A stretch of 64,000 bases of DNA from Alphaproteobacteria bacterium (GCA_964291675.2 OZ219866.1:800001-864000), one strand, 5' to 3'. Positions 44,189-53,506 are shown, counted from the first letter of the stretch. Notes: a model not told the origin generated them from the sequence alone. Made by a program: numbers and translations.

Positions 44189-44567
44189 GTGAGTTGGGTT
44201 GTCGAGATCGCCGATGAGTTCGACCGTGAGTTCGATGCTCTCGACGAAGCAGTACAGTTGGAGACCTTCGAAGATCCTGGCCCTGTCGCGGCTCCTGCAG
44301 CGTTTCGGGCCTCAATTGGGACGGCCGCATGTCGATACTCTCAACGGATCTCGGCACTCGAACATGAAGGAGCTGCGGTTTGGCACAGCGGGCGGGGTGT
44401 GGCGGCTAGCTTTCGCGTTCGACCCTAGGCGCACGGCCGTCCTTCTGGTGGCGGGCGACAAGTCCGGGGGAAGCGGGAGGCGGTTCTACCGGACTCTGGT
44501 TCGCAAGGCAGACGAGCGCTTCGACAGCCACCTTGCCAGGCTCGCGCGGGAGGGGGACCGGCCATGA
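44189..44567 (+). pseudogene. HigB/Gp49-like toxin frameshifted by a 10-bp insertion (about 44264-44273)
   Basis: VSWVVEIADEFDREF...VQLE in one frame, ILALSRLLQRFGPQLGRPHVDTL..MKELRF..FAFDPRR in another; removing ACCTTCGAAG restores 122 aa. Confidence 0.85.
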
Positions 44568-44890
44568 CGGGCAATGTCGAAGACCGGATCGCCCGGCTCG
44601 ATCCCGGCCGGCGCCGCAGGGTCGAGGAGCGGGCGGCGGCGCTGATCGCCGAGGAGATGACGCTGCGCGAGCTGCGCAAGGCGAGGCGGCTCACCCAGGC
44701 GCGCGTCGCCGCCGAGCTCGGCATTTCGCAGGACGGCGTCTCCCGGCTGGAGCAGCGGAGCGATATCCTGCTGTCCACCCTGCGCCGGACGGTCGAGGCG
44801 ATGGGCGGCAGCCTGTCGCTGATCGCCCGCTTCCCCGACCGGCCGCCGGTCGAGCTGTCCGGCCTCGCCGAGCCGGAGCCGCGCGACTGA
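44564..44890 (+). CDS. XRE-family antitoxin (HigA-like)
   Basis: LRELRKARRLTQ..VA..LGISQ..VSRLEQRSD.LLSTL. Confidence 0.9.
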   Translation: MTGNVEDRIARLDPGRRRRVEERAAALIAEEMTLRELRKARRLTQARVAAELGISQDGVSRLEQRSDILLSTLRRTVEAMGGSLSLIARFPDRPPVELSGLAEPEPRD

Positions 44891-44904
44891 GCTGGCCCGC
44901 GGCG

Positions 44905-45162
44905 CTATTTCGTCTGCCGCGCCCGGACGTAGCTCTCCAGCACGCGGTTGATGCGCGTCTGGTAGCCTTTGCCGGGCGCCCGGAAATGGTCGAGCACCGA
45001 GCGCTTGACGCGGATGGTAATCTGCTCGGCCGGGTCGGGCTCGACCAACACCGCTTCGCGCCAGAAGGTTTCGTCCAGCTCCGGGATGTCGCTGAAGTCG
45101 ATGTCTTCGTCCTTCACCGCCGCGATCCGCTCCGGGGTCAGCGGCTTATCGTATGCGGTCAT
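44905..45162 (-). CDS. brnA: BrnA antitoxin
   Basis: DIDFSDIPEL...GKGYQTRIN.VL. Confidence 0.9.
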   Translation of the reverse strand: MTAYDKPLTPERIAAVKDEDIDFSDIPELDETFWREAVLVEPDPAEQITIRVKRSVLDHFRAPGKGYQTRINRVLESYVRARQTK

Positions 45163-45421
45163 ACCAGGCCTGCCTCTCCTTGCGCGACGCCGGGCGGGCG
45201 GAAATCAGCCGTATGCGTCCGCCGCGCTCCGTGTGGGCGACGACGACCAGAACGGCATCGCTGACGCGTCCGATGGTGACGTAGCGTTCCTCGCCATAGT
45301 CCCTGCGGCTGTCCCGCCGCGACAGCAGCGGCCCGTCGAAAATGCGCTTGGCCGTCTCGAAATCGATCCCGTGCTTGCGGATATTCGCGCTGTTCTTGGC
45401 CTCGTCCCACTCGTACTCCAT
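45146..45421 (-). CDS. brnT: BrnT toxin
   Basis: MEYEWDEAKN..NIRKHGIDF...YGEER...RLISAR.A. Confidence 0.92.
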   Translation of the reverse strand: MEYEWDEAKNSANIRKHGIDFETAKRIFDGPLLSRRDSRRDYGEERYVTIGRVSDAVLVVVAHTERGGRIRLISARPASRKERQAWYDRIR

Positions 45422-45471
45422 TAAGTGTATGTATAATTGGTATGGACGTAGGCTGCAAGAGCCGCCGCCGC

Positions 45472-46788
45472 TCAATGCGGCATCAGCCCGGGCAGCCAGA
45501 GGGCGATCCGCGGGAAGGCGATCAGCAGGACGAGGACCACGAAGGCGCAGCCGATATAGGGCGCGGCGGCGAGCGCGACATGGCCGAGCCTGGTGCCGGC
45601 GGGCGCCACCCCCATCATCACGAACAGCAGCAGCCCGAAGGGCGGCGTGGTCAGGCTGATCTCCAGCCCGAGCAGCATCACCAGCGCGAACCAGACCAGG
45701 TCGAACTCCAGCGTCTGGGCGAGCGGGAAGAAGATCGGCACGGTGATCAGCATCATCGAGACCTGGTCCATGAACATGCCGAACACCAGCAGGACGGCGA
45801 ACATGACCAGCAGCATGAGGATCGGCGCCACCTCGACATCGGTCGCCCAGCCGATCAGCCCGGCGGTGGCGCCGGAGAAGGCGAGGATCTGGCTGAAGGT
45901 CGACGAGCCGACGATGATCAGCAGCACCAGCGCGGTGATGCGGAGCGCCCCCATGAACGACTTGGCGAGCGCGTCCCGGGTGAGCACCCGGTAGGCGACG
46001 CCGAGCACCATCACCCCGAAGGCGCCGAACCCGGCGGCCTCGGTGGGGGTGGCGACGCCGAGGATGATCAGCCCGATGACGCAGAACACCACCAGGCTCA
46101 TCGGCAGGATGTTGAGCGCCACCGCGCGGGCGATCTCGCCCAGCGTCGAGGGCTCGACGTCGTAGACCGGCGCCGCCTCGGGATCGAGGCGCACCTGGCC
46201 CCAGATCAGCACCGTGTAGAGCGCGGCCAGGATCAGCCCCGGGATCACGCCGGCGATCAAGAGCGCGCCGATGTCGATCTCGGCGAGGCTCGCCAGCAGC
46301 ACCGCCAGCGCCGAGGGCGGGATGATCATGGCGAGCCCGCCGGTCCCCAGGATCGGCCCCATCGACATGTGGCGCTTGTAGCCGCGCCGCGTCATCTCCG
46401 GCACCATCAGCGCGCCCATCATCGCGGTGTTGGCCATGGTCGAGCCCGACAGCGTGGCGAAGATGGTGCCGCCCGCCACGGTGATGTAGCTGAGCCGGCC
46501 GGGGATGCGCCCGAAGCACTTGTCGAGCGCATCGAACACGCGGATCGCAAGCCCGGTGTGGAAGAACAATTCGCCCATGATGATGAACAGCGGCACCGGC
46601 ACGAGCGCGAAGATGGTCACCGATTCGACGGCGTTGACGACGATCTGCGGGAAGGCGCGGAACCCGCCCATGAAGACCAGCGCGCCGATCAGGTTGCTGG
46701 CGAGGAAGGCAAACGCGACCGGCACGCCCAGCAGCATCAGCGCGACCACGGCCCCGACCAGCAGCGCGGCGGCCTCGTACCACTCCAT
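45472..46788 (-). CDS. TRAP transporter large permease (DctM)
   Basis: VPLFIIMGE, IIPPS, TPTEAA, TPPFG. Confidence 0.93.
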   Translation of the reverse strand: MEWYEAAALLVGAVVALMLLGVPVAFAFLASNLIGALVFMGGFRAFPQIVVNAVESVTIFALVPVPLFIIMGELFFHTGLAIRVFDALDKCFGRIPGRLSYITVAGGTIFATLSGSTMANTAMMGALMVPEMTRRGYKRHMSMGPILGTGGLAMIIPPSALAVLLASLAEIDIGALLIAGVIPGLILAALYTVLIWGQVRLDPEAAPVYDVEPSTLGEIARAVALNILPMSLVVFCVIGLIILGVATPTEAAGFGAFGVMVLGVAYRVLTRDALAKSFMGALRITALVLLIIVGSSTFSQILAFSGATAGLIGWATDVEVAPILMLLVMFAVLLVFGMFMDQVSMMLITVPIFFPLAQTLEFDLVWFALVMLLGLEISLTTPPFGLLLFVMMGVAPAGTRLGHVALAAAPYIGCAFVVLVLLIAFPRIALWLPGLMPH

Positions 46789-47301
46789 CTACAGCGATTC
46801 CGACTTGCCGGGCTGGCCGGAATAGTAGCTGTCGAAGCCCAGCAGGTAGCGCGCGAACTCGACCGCCATCAGCCCGAAGCCGAGCGGGAAGGAGGCGTAC
46901 AGCACCCAGCGCGGCATGTCGATCGAGCGGATGTCGATCTCGCCGGCGATCCAGGCGGCGATCGCCTTGTCGGCGCCGTACCAGACGAACAGCGCCGACA
47001 TGACGATGCAGAGCGCGTAGGAGAACTTGGCCGAGATCAGGCGGAGCATGGGCGGCATCGCCAGCATCAGCGATTCGACCACCACATGGCCCTTGACCCG
47101 GACCAGCCACGGCCCGCCCAGCATGGTGGCGAAGAGCAGGCTGTATTCGGTGAGCGCGCTGTACCACTGGAGCGGCTGGAACCCCGCCGTGCGCAGGCTC
47201 ACATCGACCACGATGCCGGCGAACACGAAGGCGAGGATCGCCGCGCCGAGCACGGCGAGGCCGTGGATCAGCCGGAGATAGGCGGCGGCGACGATCCGCA
47301 T
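46789..47301 (-). CDS. TRAP transporter small permease (DctQ)
   Basis: Four TM segments, GHV motif, between dctP and dctM. Confidence 0.87.
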   Translation of the reverse strand: MRIVAAAYLRLIHGLAVLGAAILAFVFAGIVVDVSLRTAGFQPLQWYSALTEYSLLFATMLGGPWLVRVKGHVVVESLMLAMPPMLRLISAKFSYALCIVMSALFVWYGADKAIAAWIAGEIDIRSIDMPRWVLYASFPLGFGLMAVEFARYLLGFDSYYSGQPGKSESL

Positions 47302-47331
47302 GCCGGCCGCCCGGCCCCTCCCGGTTCGCGC

Positions 47332-48327
47332 CTATTCGCGCCCGTGATAGAGCCGGCCGAGCTTCTTGGCGAGCGGCGTGCCGAGCCCGGCGAGGCGGTC
47401 CTGCACCAGCTTGTTGGCCAGCGCGCGGTACTTCTCGCCCGCCGCGGCGTCGAGATGGACCTCCTTCTGGCCGAACTCGCCGTTCAGGATCTCGCGCTCC
47501 TTGGCGATCTTCGGCTTCCACGAGAAGTAGTCGTCGATCTCGAACTGGGTGGCGTAGCGCACCAGCGTGTCCTTGCCCTTGCGCGACAGCCTGGCGAAGG
47601 CGTCGTTGTTGATCGCGATCACCGTGTCGAGCTGCATGAAGTTGGGATAGATCCGGTATTTTATGAACTTGGCGTAGCCGAAGCGCCGGGTCCACAGCTC
47701 GGGGAAGGCGAAGCCGTCGACGATGCCGCGCTGCAGCGCCGAGTGGATTTCCGGCAGATGGATGGTCACCGTGGTCGCGCCGAGCGCCTTGAGGAAGGCG
47801 TCGTAGGTCGGCACCGAGCGCATCTTGAAGCCGCTGAGGTCGACCAGCCCGTCGGCCCCCATCTTCGGCTCTTTCCGGAGATAGAGGTTGAACGAGACGC
47901 CGGCGTTCCACACCAGCACGGTGCCGTTGATCTTGGCCGAGACCGCCTCGTTGAACGCGGCGAGCCCGCCATTGGCGCGCGCGATCCAGGGCGCGGTGGT
48001 GTTGCCGGACAGCGCGTCCACCTCGGGGATGATGCCGCGGTGGTAGCTCATCGCGGTGAACATCACGTCGAACAGCCCGGCCTTGAACCCTTCCGGCTGG
48101 GCGGCGGCCTTGGAGATCTCCGGCCCGCCGATATAGTTCAGCCGGAACTCCCCCTTGCCCGCCTGGTTGGCGCCCTCGACGAAGGGCAGGAAGCTCTCGG
48201 AGACGAAGGGGAAGGTCTTGGGCCAGGCGCTGATCGCCTTCAGCGTCGCCTCGGCGAGCGCCTGCGGCGCGGCGAGCGCGGCCCAGGCGCCGAGCGCCGC
48301 TGCGAGCCATGTATCGCGTCGAGTCAT
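47332..48327 (-). CDS. TRAP substrate-binding protein (DctP)
   Basis: Signal peptide, GGPE, DLSGFKMR, EIHSALQRGIVDG. Confidence 0.9.
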   Translation of the reverse strand: MTRRDTWLAAALGAWAALAAPQALAEATLKAISAWPKTFPFVSESFLPFVEGANQAGKGEFRLNYIGGPEISKAAAQPEGFKAGLFDVMFTAMSYHRGIIPEVDALSGNTTAPWIARANGGLAAFNEAVSAKINGTVLVWNAGVSFNLYLRKEPKMGADGLVDLSGFKMRSVPTYDAFLKALGATTVTIHLPEIHSALQRGIVDGFAFPELWTRRFGYAKFIKYRIYPNFMQLDTVIAINNDAFARLSRKGKDTLVRYATQFEIDDYFSWKPKIAKEREILNGEFGQKEVHLDAAAGEKYRALANKLVQDRLAGLGTPLAKKLGRLYHGRE

Positions 48328-48588
48328 GTCGGTTCCTCCCGAATATGTCCGGGCGCCGCGGCGCTTCTTGCGGCTCGCCGTCGGGCGCGCGGACCGGAAG
48401 TGTGCTGGGCGGGGAGGATCGCCGTCAAGCGCGCGCTGCCGGGCGCGGCGGGCGGAAGGTGTATGCCGCTGGCGGCATGCCTGCCCGTATCGAATCAATA
48501 TGTACAGCGCCCGCGCTTTCTGTCAGACTGAGAGCTTGTTCCACGCTCGGTCGAACGTTTGGCCGAATTTTCGGGGGGGAGGAAGAAC

Positions 48589-49728
48589 ATGGTAAGGGGC
48601 GTTCCACTCAGGGCCGCGCTGCTCGGCGCCGGCGCTGCACTCGTATTGGCGCTCGGGCCCGCCAGTGCGCAGGACATGAACAAGGAGATCGAGGCCCTGA
48701 AGGAACGGGTGGCCGAGCTCGAGGGCAGCACCTCGGTCTCGATCAGCGGCTACGTCAAGGGCGACTTCTTTATCGACAGCCACAACGATCTGGGCGACGC
48801 CTTCGATCCCACGTCGATCAGGCTCGACGGCGCGGGGGGAGATGACGCCGAGGACGGCAGTTTCGGGGCTCACGCCAACCAGTCCCGCTTCCGGGTGGGC
48901 ACCAGCACCGACACCCCGCACGGGGCGCTGAAGACCGTCATCGAAGGCCATTTCTGGGGCGGCAGCTCGTTCAATCTGCGCCACGCCCATGGCGTGCTCG
49001 GCCCGGTGCTGGCGGGGCAGGCGTGGTCGATCATCGTGGACGAGGACACCTTCGCCTCGACAGTGGACTTCAACGGACCGGTCGGGACGAACTTCACCCG
49101 CCAGCCGCAGCTCCGCCTGAGTCTCCCCATCGGAGATGGCTTTGTCGGCCAGGCGGCCATCGAGCCGGGCATCGAAGGCAATGAATTGCCGAAGTTCCTG
49201 GCGGCGGTTCGCTACCGCGCCGGCTGGGGCGCCGTCAACGCGGCCGGCGCGTTCGGGCGGATCGATCGCAATATGGCGGCGGCAGACGCTCCCGCCGACT
49301 GGCAGGACGAGGGCGCCTACGCGCTGCATTTCGGGGCCAACTTCAACGTGGCCGACGGCACCAAGGTGGTGGCGACGCTGAACGTGACCGAAGGCTGGAA
49401 CCTGATCTGGGGCGGGGCCAACGGCGCCAGCGCGGATGCCTCCGGCAACCTGACGACCCGTCAGACAATGGGCGGAATCGCCGGAGCCTCGCATAGCTGG
49501 ACCGACGCCATCAGCACCGGGATCTATGTCGGCTGGGTGGAGAACGACACCGAGGACGCTGATCCGGGAACCAACGAGCGGCTGCAGACGGTGCACGCCA
49601 ACGTGTTCTGGAGCCCGGTGGCCGCGGCTAGCATCGGCTTCGAGGTCATGCACGGCTGGCGCGAGACCAACGACGGTGGCTCGGGCGAGGCCACGCGCTT
49701 CCAGGTCGGCGCCCAGTACAGCTTCTAG
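48589..49728 (+). CDS. DcaP-like trimeric outer-membrane porin
   Basis: Signal peptide, short coiled coil, SGYVKGD, QSRF, LRHA, LAGQAWS, RQPQLR; C-terminal YSF. Confidence 0.83.
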   Translation: MVRGVPLRAALLGAGAALVLALGPASAQDMNKEIEALKERVAELEGSTSVSISGYVKGDFFIDSHNDLGDAFDPTSIRLDGAGGDDAEDGSFGAHANQSRFRVGTSTDTPHGALKTVIEGHFWGGSSFNLRHAHGVLGPVLAGQAWSIIVDEDTFASTVDFNGPVGTNFTRQPQLRLSLPIGDGFVGQAAIEPGIEGNELPKFLAAVRYRAGWGAVNAAGAFGRIDRNMAAADAPADWQDEGAYALHFGANFNVADGTKVVATLNVTEGWNLIWGGANGASADASGNLTTRQTMGGIAGASHSWTDAISTGIYVGWVENDTEDADPGTNERLQTVHANVFWSPVAAASIGFEVMHGWRETNDGGSGEATRFQVGAQYSF

Positions 49729-49735
49729 GCGTCAA

Positions 49736-49764
49736 GCCGGGGGCGGGCGCCGTCCGCCCCCGGC
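49736..49764 (+). terminator. GC hairpin downstream of porin 1 (possible terminator; no U-tract)
   Basis: GCCGGGGGCGGG-CGCCG-TCCGCCCCCGGC. Confidence 0.4.
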
Positions 49765-49995
49765 CCCGCGCCGCCGGGAAATCGGCGGCGTCGCGGATCG
49801 CCATGCGGCGATCGGCTCCAGTTCGACCCTTCCTCTTGCAGAGCGCTTCGCGCGCACGCCGGCGCATGTGCCCTGCGCGGCCCAGGAGCGCCGCGCATGT
49901 ACACGTATCGGGCTCTCTTGTAATACTGTAATGCGGCTACGACGTTTCCTGGTTTCTGTCGGCTATTCGGCCGAATATTTGTTGAGGAGATTGAC

Positions 49996-51228
49996 ATGAT
50001 CGGGAGGGCGCCGCTCGGGGCAGCGCTGCTCGTTGCGGGCGCCGCCGTGGTGCTGGGGCCCGGGCCGGCCGGCGGCGCCGAGACCGGCGGCATCGAGGCA
50101 GAGATCGAATCCCTGGACAAACGGCTGGACCGGCTCGAGGCGTCGCTGACCGGGCCGGTGGAACGGGCGGTGGCCGCCGGCGTCGAGAGCGGGTGGTGGC
50201 GGATACCGGGGACCGACAGCTGGATCTCCGTCGGCGGTTACGTCAAGGGCGATTTCCATTTCGACAGCGGCAGGGATCTCGGCGATTTTTTCGTTCCCGG
50301 ACGCATCGGGCTGGACGGCCAGACAGTCCCCGGGGACGAGGACGGCGCGGTCGGGATGCACGCCCGGGAGACGCGCCTGCGCGTGGTCACCCACACGCCC
50401 AGCGCGCTCGGCGCGCTCGGCGCCGTCATCGAGACCGATTTCTACGGCGGCGGCGACGCGCTCAGGCTGCGCCACGCCGCCGCCAGGCTCGGGCCGGTGC
50501 TGGCGGGGCAAGCGTGGTCGCTGCTCGTCGACGGGGACATGGCCGCCGACACGGTCGATCTCGCCGGGCCGGTCGGGACCTACGTGCACCGCGAACCGCA
50601 GCTCCGTCTCAGCCTGGACATGGCGCCCGGCCTCGTCGGCCAGGCGGCCGTCGAGCCGGGGCTGGAGGGCAACGAGCTGCCGAGCTTGCTCGCGGCGCTG
50701 CGCTACCGCTCCGGCTGGGGCGGGGTCAGCGCGTCCGGCGCGATCGGACGGGTCGACCGCGACGGGGAGACCGAGGGCGCCCACGCGATCGCTCTGGGAG
50801 CCTTTTTCGACGTGACCGACGCCACCAGGCTGACGGCGACGTTCGGCAGGACCAGCGGCATCAGGCTGATCTGGGGCGGCGGCCCCGGCGCGGTCATGGC
50901 CCGCGGCGACCTCAAGGTCCAGGAGTCGACGGGCGGCACCGCCGGGGTCTCGCATCGCTGGTCGGATACCGTCCGCAGCGGGGCGTATTTCGGCTGGGTG
51001 GAGAATGACACCGCCGAGGGCGCCCCGGCCCGGCTGTCGGCGGGGCGCAACAAGGCGCTGCGGACGCTCCACGTCAACGTCTTCTGGAGCCCGGTGCCCC
51101 GGGCGGATATCGGCTTCGAGATCATGCATGGCTGGCGCGAGACCTACCCCAGGCCCGGCCGGGGCCGGCCGGCGCCGACCGAGGGCGAGGCGACGCGCGC
51201 CCAGCTCGGCGTGAAGTACAGCTTCTAG
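49996..51228 (+). CDS. DcaP-like porin, paralog 2
   Basis: GGYVKGD, LRLRHA, LAGQAWS, REPQLR; C-terminal YSF; collinear with porin 1. Confidence 0.83.
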   Translation: MIGRAPLGAALLVAGAAVVLGPGPAGGAETGGIEAEIESLDKRLDRLEASLTGPVERAVAAGVESGWWRIPGTDSWISVGGYVKGDFHFDSGRDLGDFFVPGRIGLDGQTVPGDEDGAVGMHARETRLRVVTHTPSALGALGAVIETDFYGGGDALRLRHAAARLGPVLAGQAWSLLVDGDMAADTVDLAGPVGTYVHREPQLRLSLDMAPGLVGQAAVEPGLEGNELPSLLAALRYRSGWGGVSASGAIGRVDRDGETEGAHAIALGAFFDVTDATRLTATFGRTSGIRLIWGGGPGAVMARGDLKVQESTGGTAGVSHRWSDTVRSGAYFGWVENDTAEGAPARLSAGRNKALRTLHVNVFWSPVPRADIGFEIMHGWRETYPRPGRGRPAPTEGEATRAQLGVKYSF

Positions 51229-52174
51229 CCGTCCGCGCCCTGGGCCGTTCCGAACAGCTCGTCCATCGCCACCACCCGGTGTTGCGGGGCTCGATCCCGA
51301 GCAGCCGCGCCGGGTTGCGGATCGCCATCTTGGCGATGGCATCGAGCGACACCCCCTTCTCGTGCAGCACCTGGGCGAAGCTCCTGAACATGTCGGGCAG
51401 CTTCGGGCTGAAGGGCTGGCCGGAATCGGTGGCGATCACCGCGCAGTCCGGCCCCACCGCGTCGATCGCCGCCTTCATCTGATCGGCCGTCACCGCCTGG
51501 AACATCGGCATGCAGTTGACCGCGCAGTACTCCATCAGGCAGCCGGCGCGGGCGAGCTCGACCTGGGCGTCGATCGAGAGGCCGGGGCACTGCATCTCGG
51601 GGTGGGTGACGACGATGCGCCCATGCCCGCGGCCGATGGCGTAGTCGACCACTTCGCGGATCTCCGCCTCGCCGAGATGGCCGGTCGCCAGCACCGCGTC
51701 GAAATCGGCGACGATGTCGATCGCCGTCCGCGCATCCGCCGTCAGCTTCCCACCGTCGAGCACGGTGTAGGTGCCGCCGATGCCGTAGCGCGATTCGTTG
51801 GCGTAGCTGCCGGCGCCGATCGCCCCGAAGGCGCCGGGCGCGCCGAACACCCGGACGTGGTTCTGGGCGTCGATGGTCGGCATCCACACCACCTTCGCGT
51901 CCTGCTTCAAGGCCTGCTCGACCGCGCCCGGGTTGATGCCGCCGACGCCGCGGTTGAGCGCGATCCCGGCCCACAGGCCGAGTTCCGGCACCGCCTTGCG
52001 GGCGTGGTAGACCTTGGCGATCGTCGCCTCGAAATGGCTTTTGATCACGATCCCCAGCATGCCGGCCTCGCGGCACCAGCGCGCCACGTCGATCGAATCG
52101 CCGATGCGGCGGAACGGCGCCGGGCCGGTATGGACATGGGTGTCGATGAACCCCTCGACCGAGATAATCGTCAT
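51122..52174 (-). CDS. Amidohydrolase-fold protein (DUF6282-like); probable 1-nt frameshift near C-terminus, likely true stop 51225
   Basis: IDTHVHTGP, IKSH, VWMPT, ATGH, THP, TDSGQ; as read it overlaps the porin 3' end by about 107 bp. Confidence 0.8.
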   Translation of the reverse strand: MTIISVEGFIDTHVHTGPAPFRRIGDSIDVARWCREAGMLGIVIKSHFEATIAKVYHARKAVPELGLWAGIALNRGVGGINPGAVEQALKQDAKVVWMPTIDAQNHVRVFGAPGAFGAIGAGSYANESRYGIGGTYTVLDGGKLTADARTAIDIVADFDAVLATGHLGEAEIREVVDYAIGRGHGRIVVTHPEMQCPGLSIDAQVELARAGCLMEYCAVNCMPMFQAVTADQMKAAIDAVGPDCAVIATDSGQPFSPKLPDMFRSFAQVLHEKGVSLDAIAKMAIRNPARLLGIEPRNTGWWRWTSCSERPRARTARSCTSRRAGRASPRPRSAPAGPGRAWGRSRASHA

Positions 52175-52252
52175 CGCGCCGCCCCCCTCGCGAGCCCCGC
52201 CCCATAACAGCAGACCCGCCCCCGCCTGGCGACCCCCCGGCGCGCCCCCCCA

Positions 52253-52402
52253 CGTCATGCGCCGGCCCCCGGATCAAGTCCGGGGGTGATCCGCGCACCC
52301 ATGCCCGGACTTGATCCGGGCACCCACTGCCGCCACAGCCTCTCCCGCCGGGGCACCCACTGCCGCCACCGCCGCTCCCGCCCGGGGCACCCACTGCCGC
52401 CA
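52253..52402. repeat. CGTC-type REP palindromes (CCCGGACTTGATCCGGG core) plus three 33-34-bp-period repeats of GGGCACCCACTGCCGCCA
   Basis: Palindromes at 52266-52286 and 52302-52322; repeat copies at about 52316, 52348 and 52382. Confidence 0.85.
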
Positions 52403-52502
52403 TCGGCTTTTCCTATGCCCCGGCCAAGCCGACGGTATTGGCGCCCGCGCCCCGCCCGCCCCACATCGGGAGGCGAGGCAAGACGACGAGGCGGAGGCAA
52501 CG

Positions 52503-52607
52503 ATGCGCGGCAAACGAGGCGGCCCCTCCGGGCTGATGGACGCTCTCCAGGGCGTCCTGGCGCGGCGCTCGCAGAGGCTGCCCGCGCGCTACCGCATCCG
52601 GTTCTGA
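52503..52607 (+). CDS. Putative 34-aa basic peptide
   Basis: GGAGG RBS then MRGKRGGPSGLMDALQGVLARRSQRLPARYRIRF. Confidence 0.35.
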   Translation: MRGKRGGPSGLMDALQGVLARRSQRLPARYRIRF

Positions 52608-52630
52608 CCGCCCGCCCGGAGGAGGACGCG

Positions 52631-53218
52631 ATGCACGAATTGGAGACGCTCAGGGCCGAGGCGGTCGCCGAGCAGCCCGGGCCGCACGAGCTCCTGCTGT
52701 TCGAGGCGGCGCTGTGGGGGCCGGCCTGCGACCGCCGGCGGGCGGCGCGGCGCATGCGCCCGGGCTTCAGCGCGGGCGGGTTCCCGCTGCCGCCGTTCCG
52801 CCGCGGCCGCCTGCTGGCGATCGACGCCGGCACCGCGCTGCCGCCGCGCGCCGGCCATGTCGAGAATGCCGGGCGCGCGCCCGCCGGAGACGGCTGCTCG
52901 GCGACGCCGCTGGTGCTGCCGGCCGGGCCCGGCGGCCCCGGGCTGGTCCATCTCCACATCCTCCCCGGCACGGCCGGGGGCTGGCAGCGCCGCGACGGCG
53001 CGCGCATCGGCCTGGCGGTCGCCGGGCGCGGGCTCGTGCATCGCGAGGCGGGCCCGCCGCTGGCGCTCTACCCCGGCCGCGCCTGGCGCATCCCGCCCGG
53101 CGCGCGCCACCGCTTCGAGACCGGCGTCTACGCGCTCGACATGCTGGTGTTCGAGGCCGCGGGGGCCTGGGCGCCGGCGGGCGAGGCGGCCCGGGCGCTG
53201 GAGCCGGTGCCGGCGTGA
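52631..53218 (+). CDS. Divergent cupin-fold protein
   Basis: GGAGGAGG RBS; DGCS, LVHLHILPG, RIG..V.GRG, IPPGARHRFET. Confidence 0.6.
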   Translation: MHELETLRAEAVAEQPGPHELLLFEAALWGPACDRRRAARRMRPGFSAGGFPLPPFRRGRLLAIDAGTALPPRAGHVENAGRAPAGDGCSATPLVLPAGPGGPGLVHLHILPGTAGGWQRRDGARIGLAVAGRGLVHREAGPPLALYPGRAWRIPPGARHRFETGVYALDMLVFEAAGAWAPAGEAARALEPVPA

Positions 53219-53344
53219 GCGGCGACCCTTCGGCAGGCGCGCGGCCAGCCCCCGACAATCGCCCCCGGTGTTCCACTGTCCCCAAAGAAATTCCCGACTG
53301 TATGTATCGAGGGGTCCGGGCCCCGTCATACGCTCGTTCGAACC

Positions 53345-53506
53345 ATGGTCCCCGCGAACCTGGTCCTGATTTTCGCTTCCTGCGTGGGCGTCGGCACGGC
53401 GATCGCCGTCGCCGTTCAGGGCGTCATCCAGGGATATTTCCGGGAGTCCCTGCTCGGGGGCGCCTTCCTCGCCTGGGTGCTCCGCGAGATTTTCGAGGAC
53501 CGGTGA
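53345..53506 (+). CDS. Putative 53-aa hydrophobic membrane protein (not in ORF track)
   Basis: MVPANLVLIFASCVGVGTAIAVAVQGVIQGYFRESLLGGAFLAWVLREIFEDR; two hydrophobic stretches; AT-richer upstream element. Confidence 0.5.
   Translation: MVPANLVLIFASCVGVGTAIAVAVQGVIQGYFRESLLGGAFLAWVLREIFEDR

Noticed and set aside
45146-48531. Very long ORFs (1054 aa minus, 1029 aa plus), and similar ones at 22463-25591 and 10502-13303
   Set aside because: Shadow frames of real genes in high-GC DNA with Arg/Gly/Pro-rich composition; only the BrnT and Rieske tails are real.
52316-52402. Three direct repeats resembling a mini-CRISPR
   Set aside because: Repeats are about 20 bp with about 13-bp similar spacers, derive from a REP arm, and no cas genes or leader are present.
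53297-53312. CTGTATGTATCGAG as an SOS box
   Set aside because: It lacks the CTG-N10-CAG symmetry, and alphaproteobacterial LexA uses a GTTC-N7-GTTC-type direct repeat.
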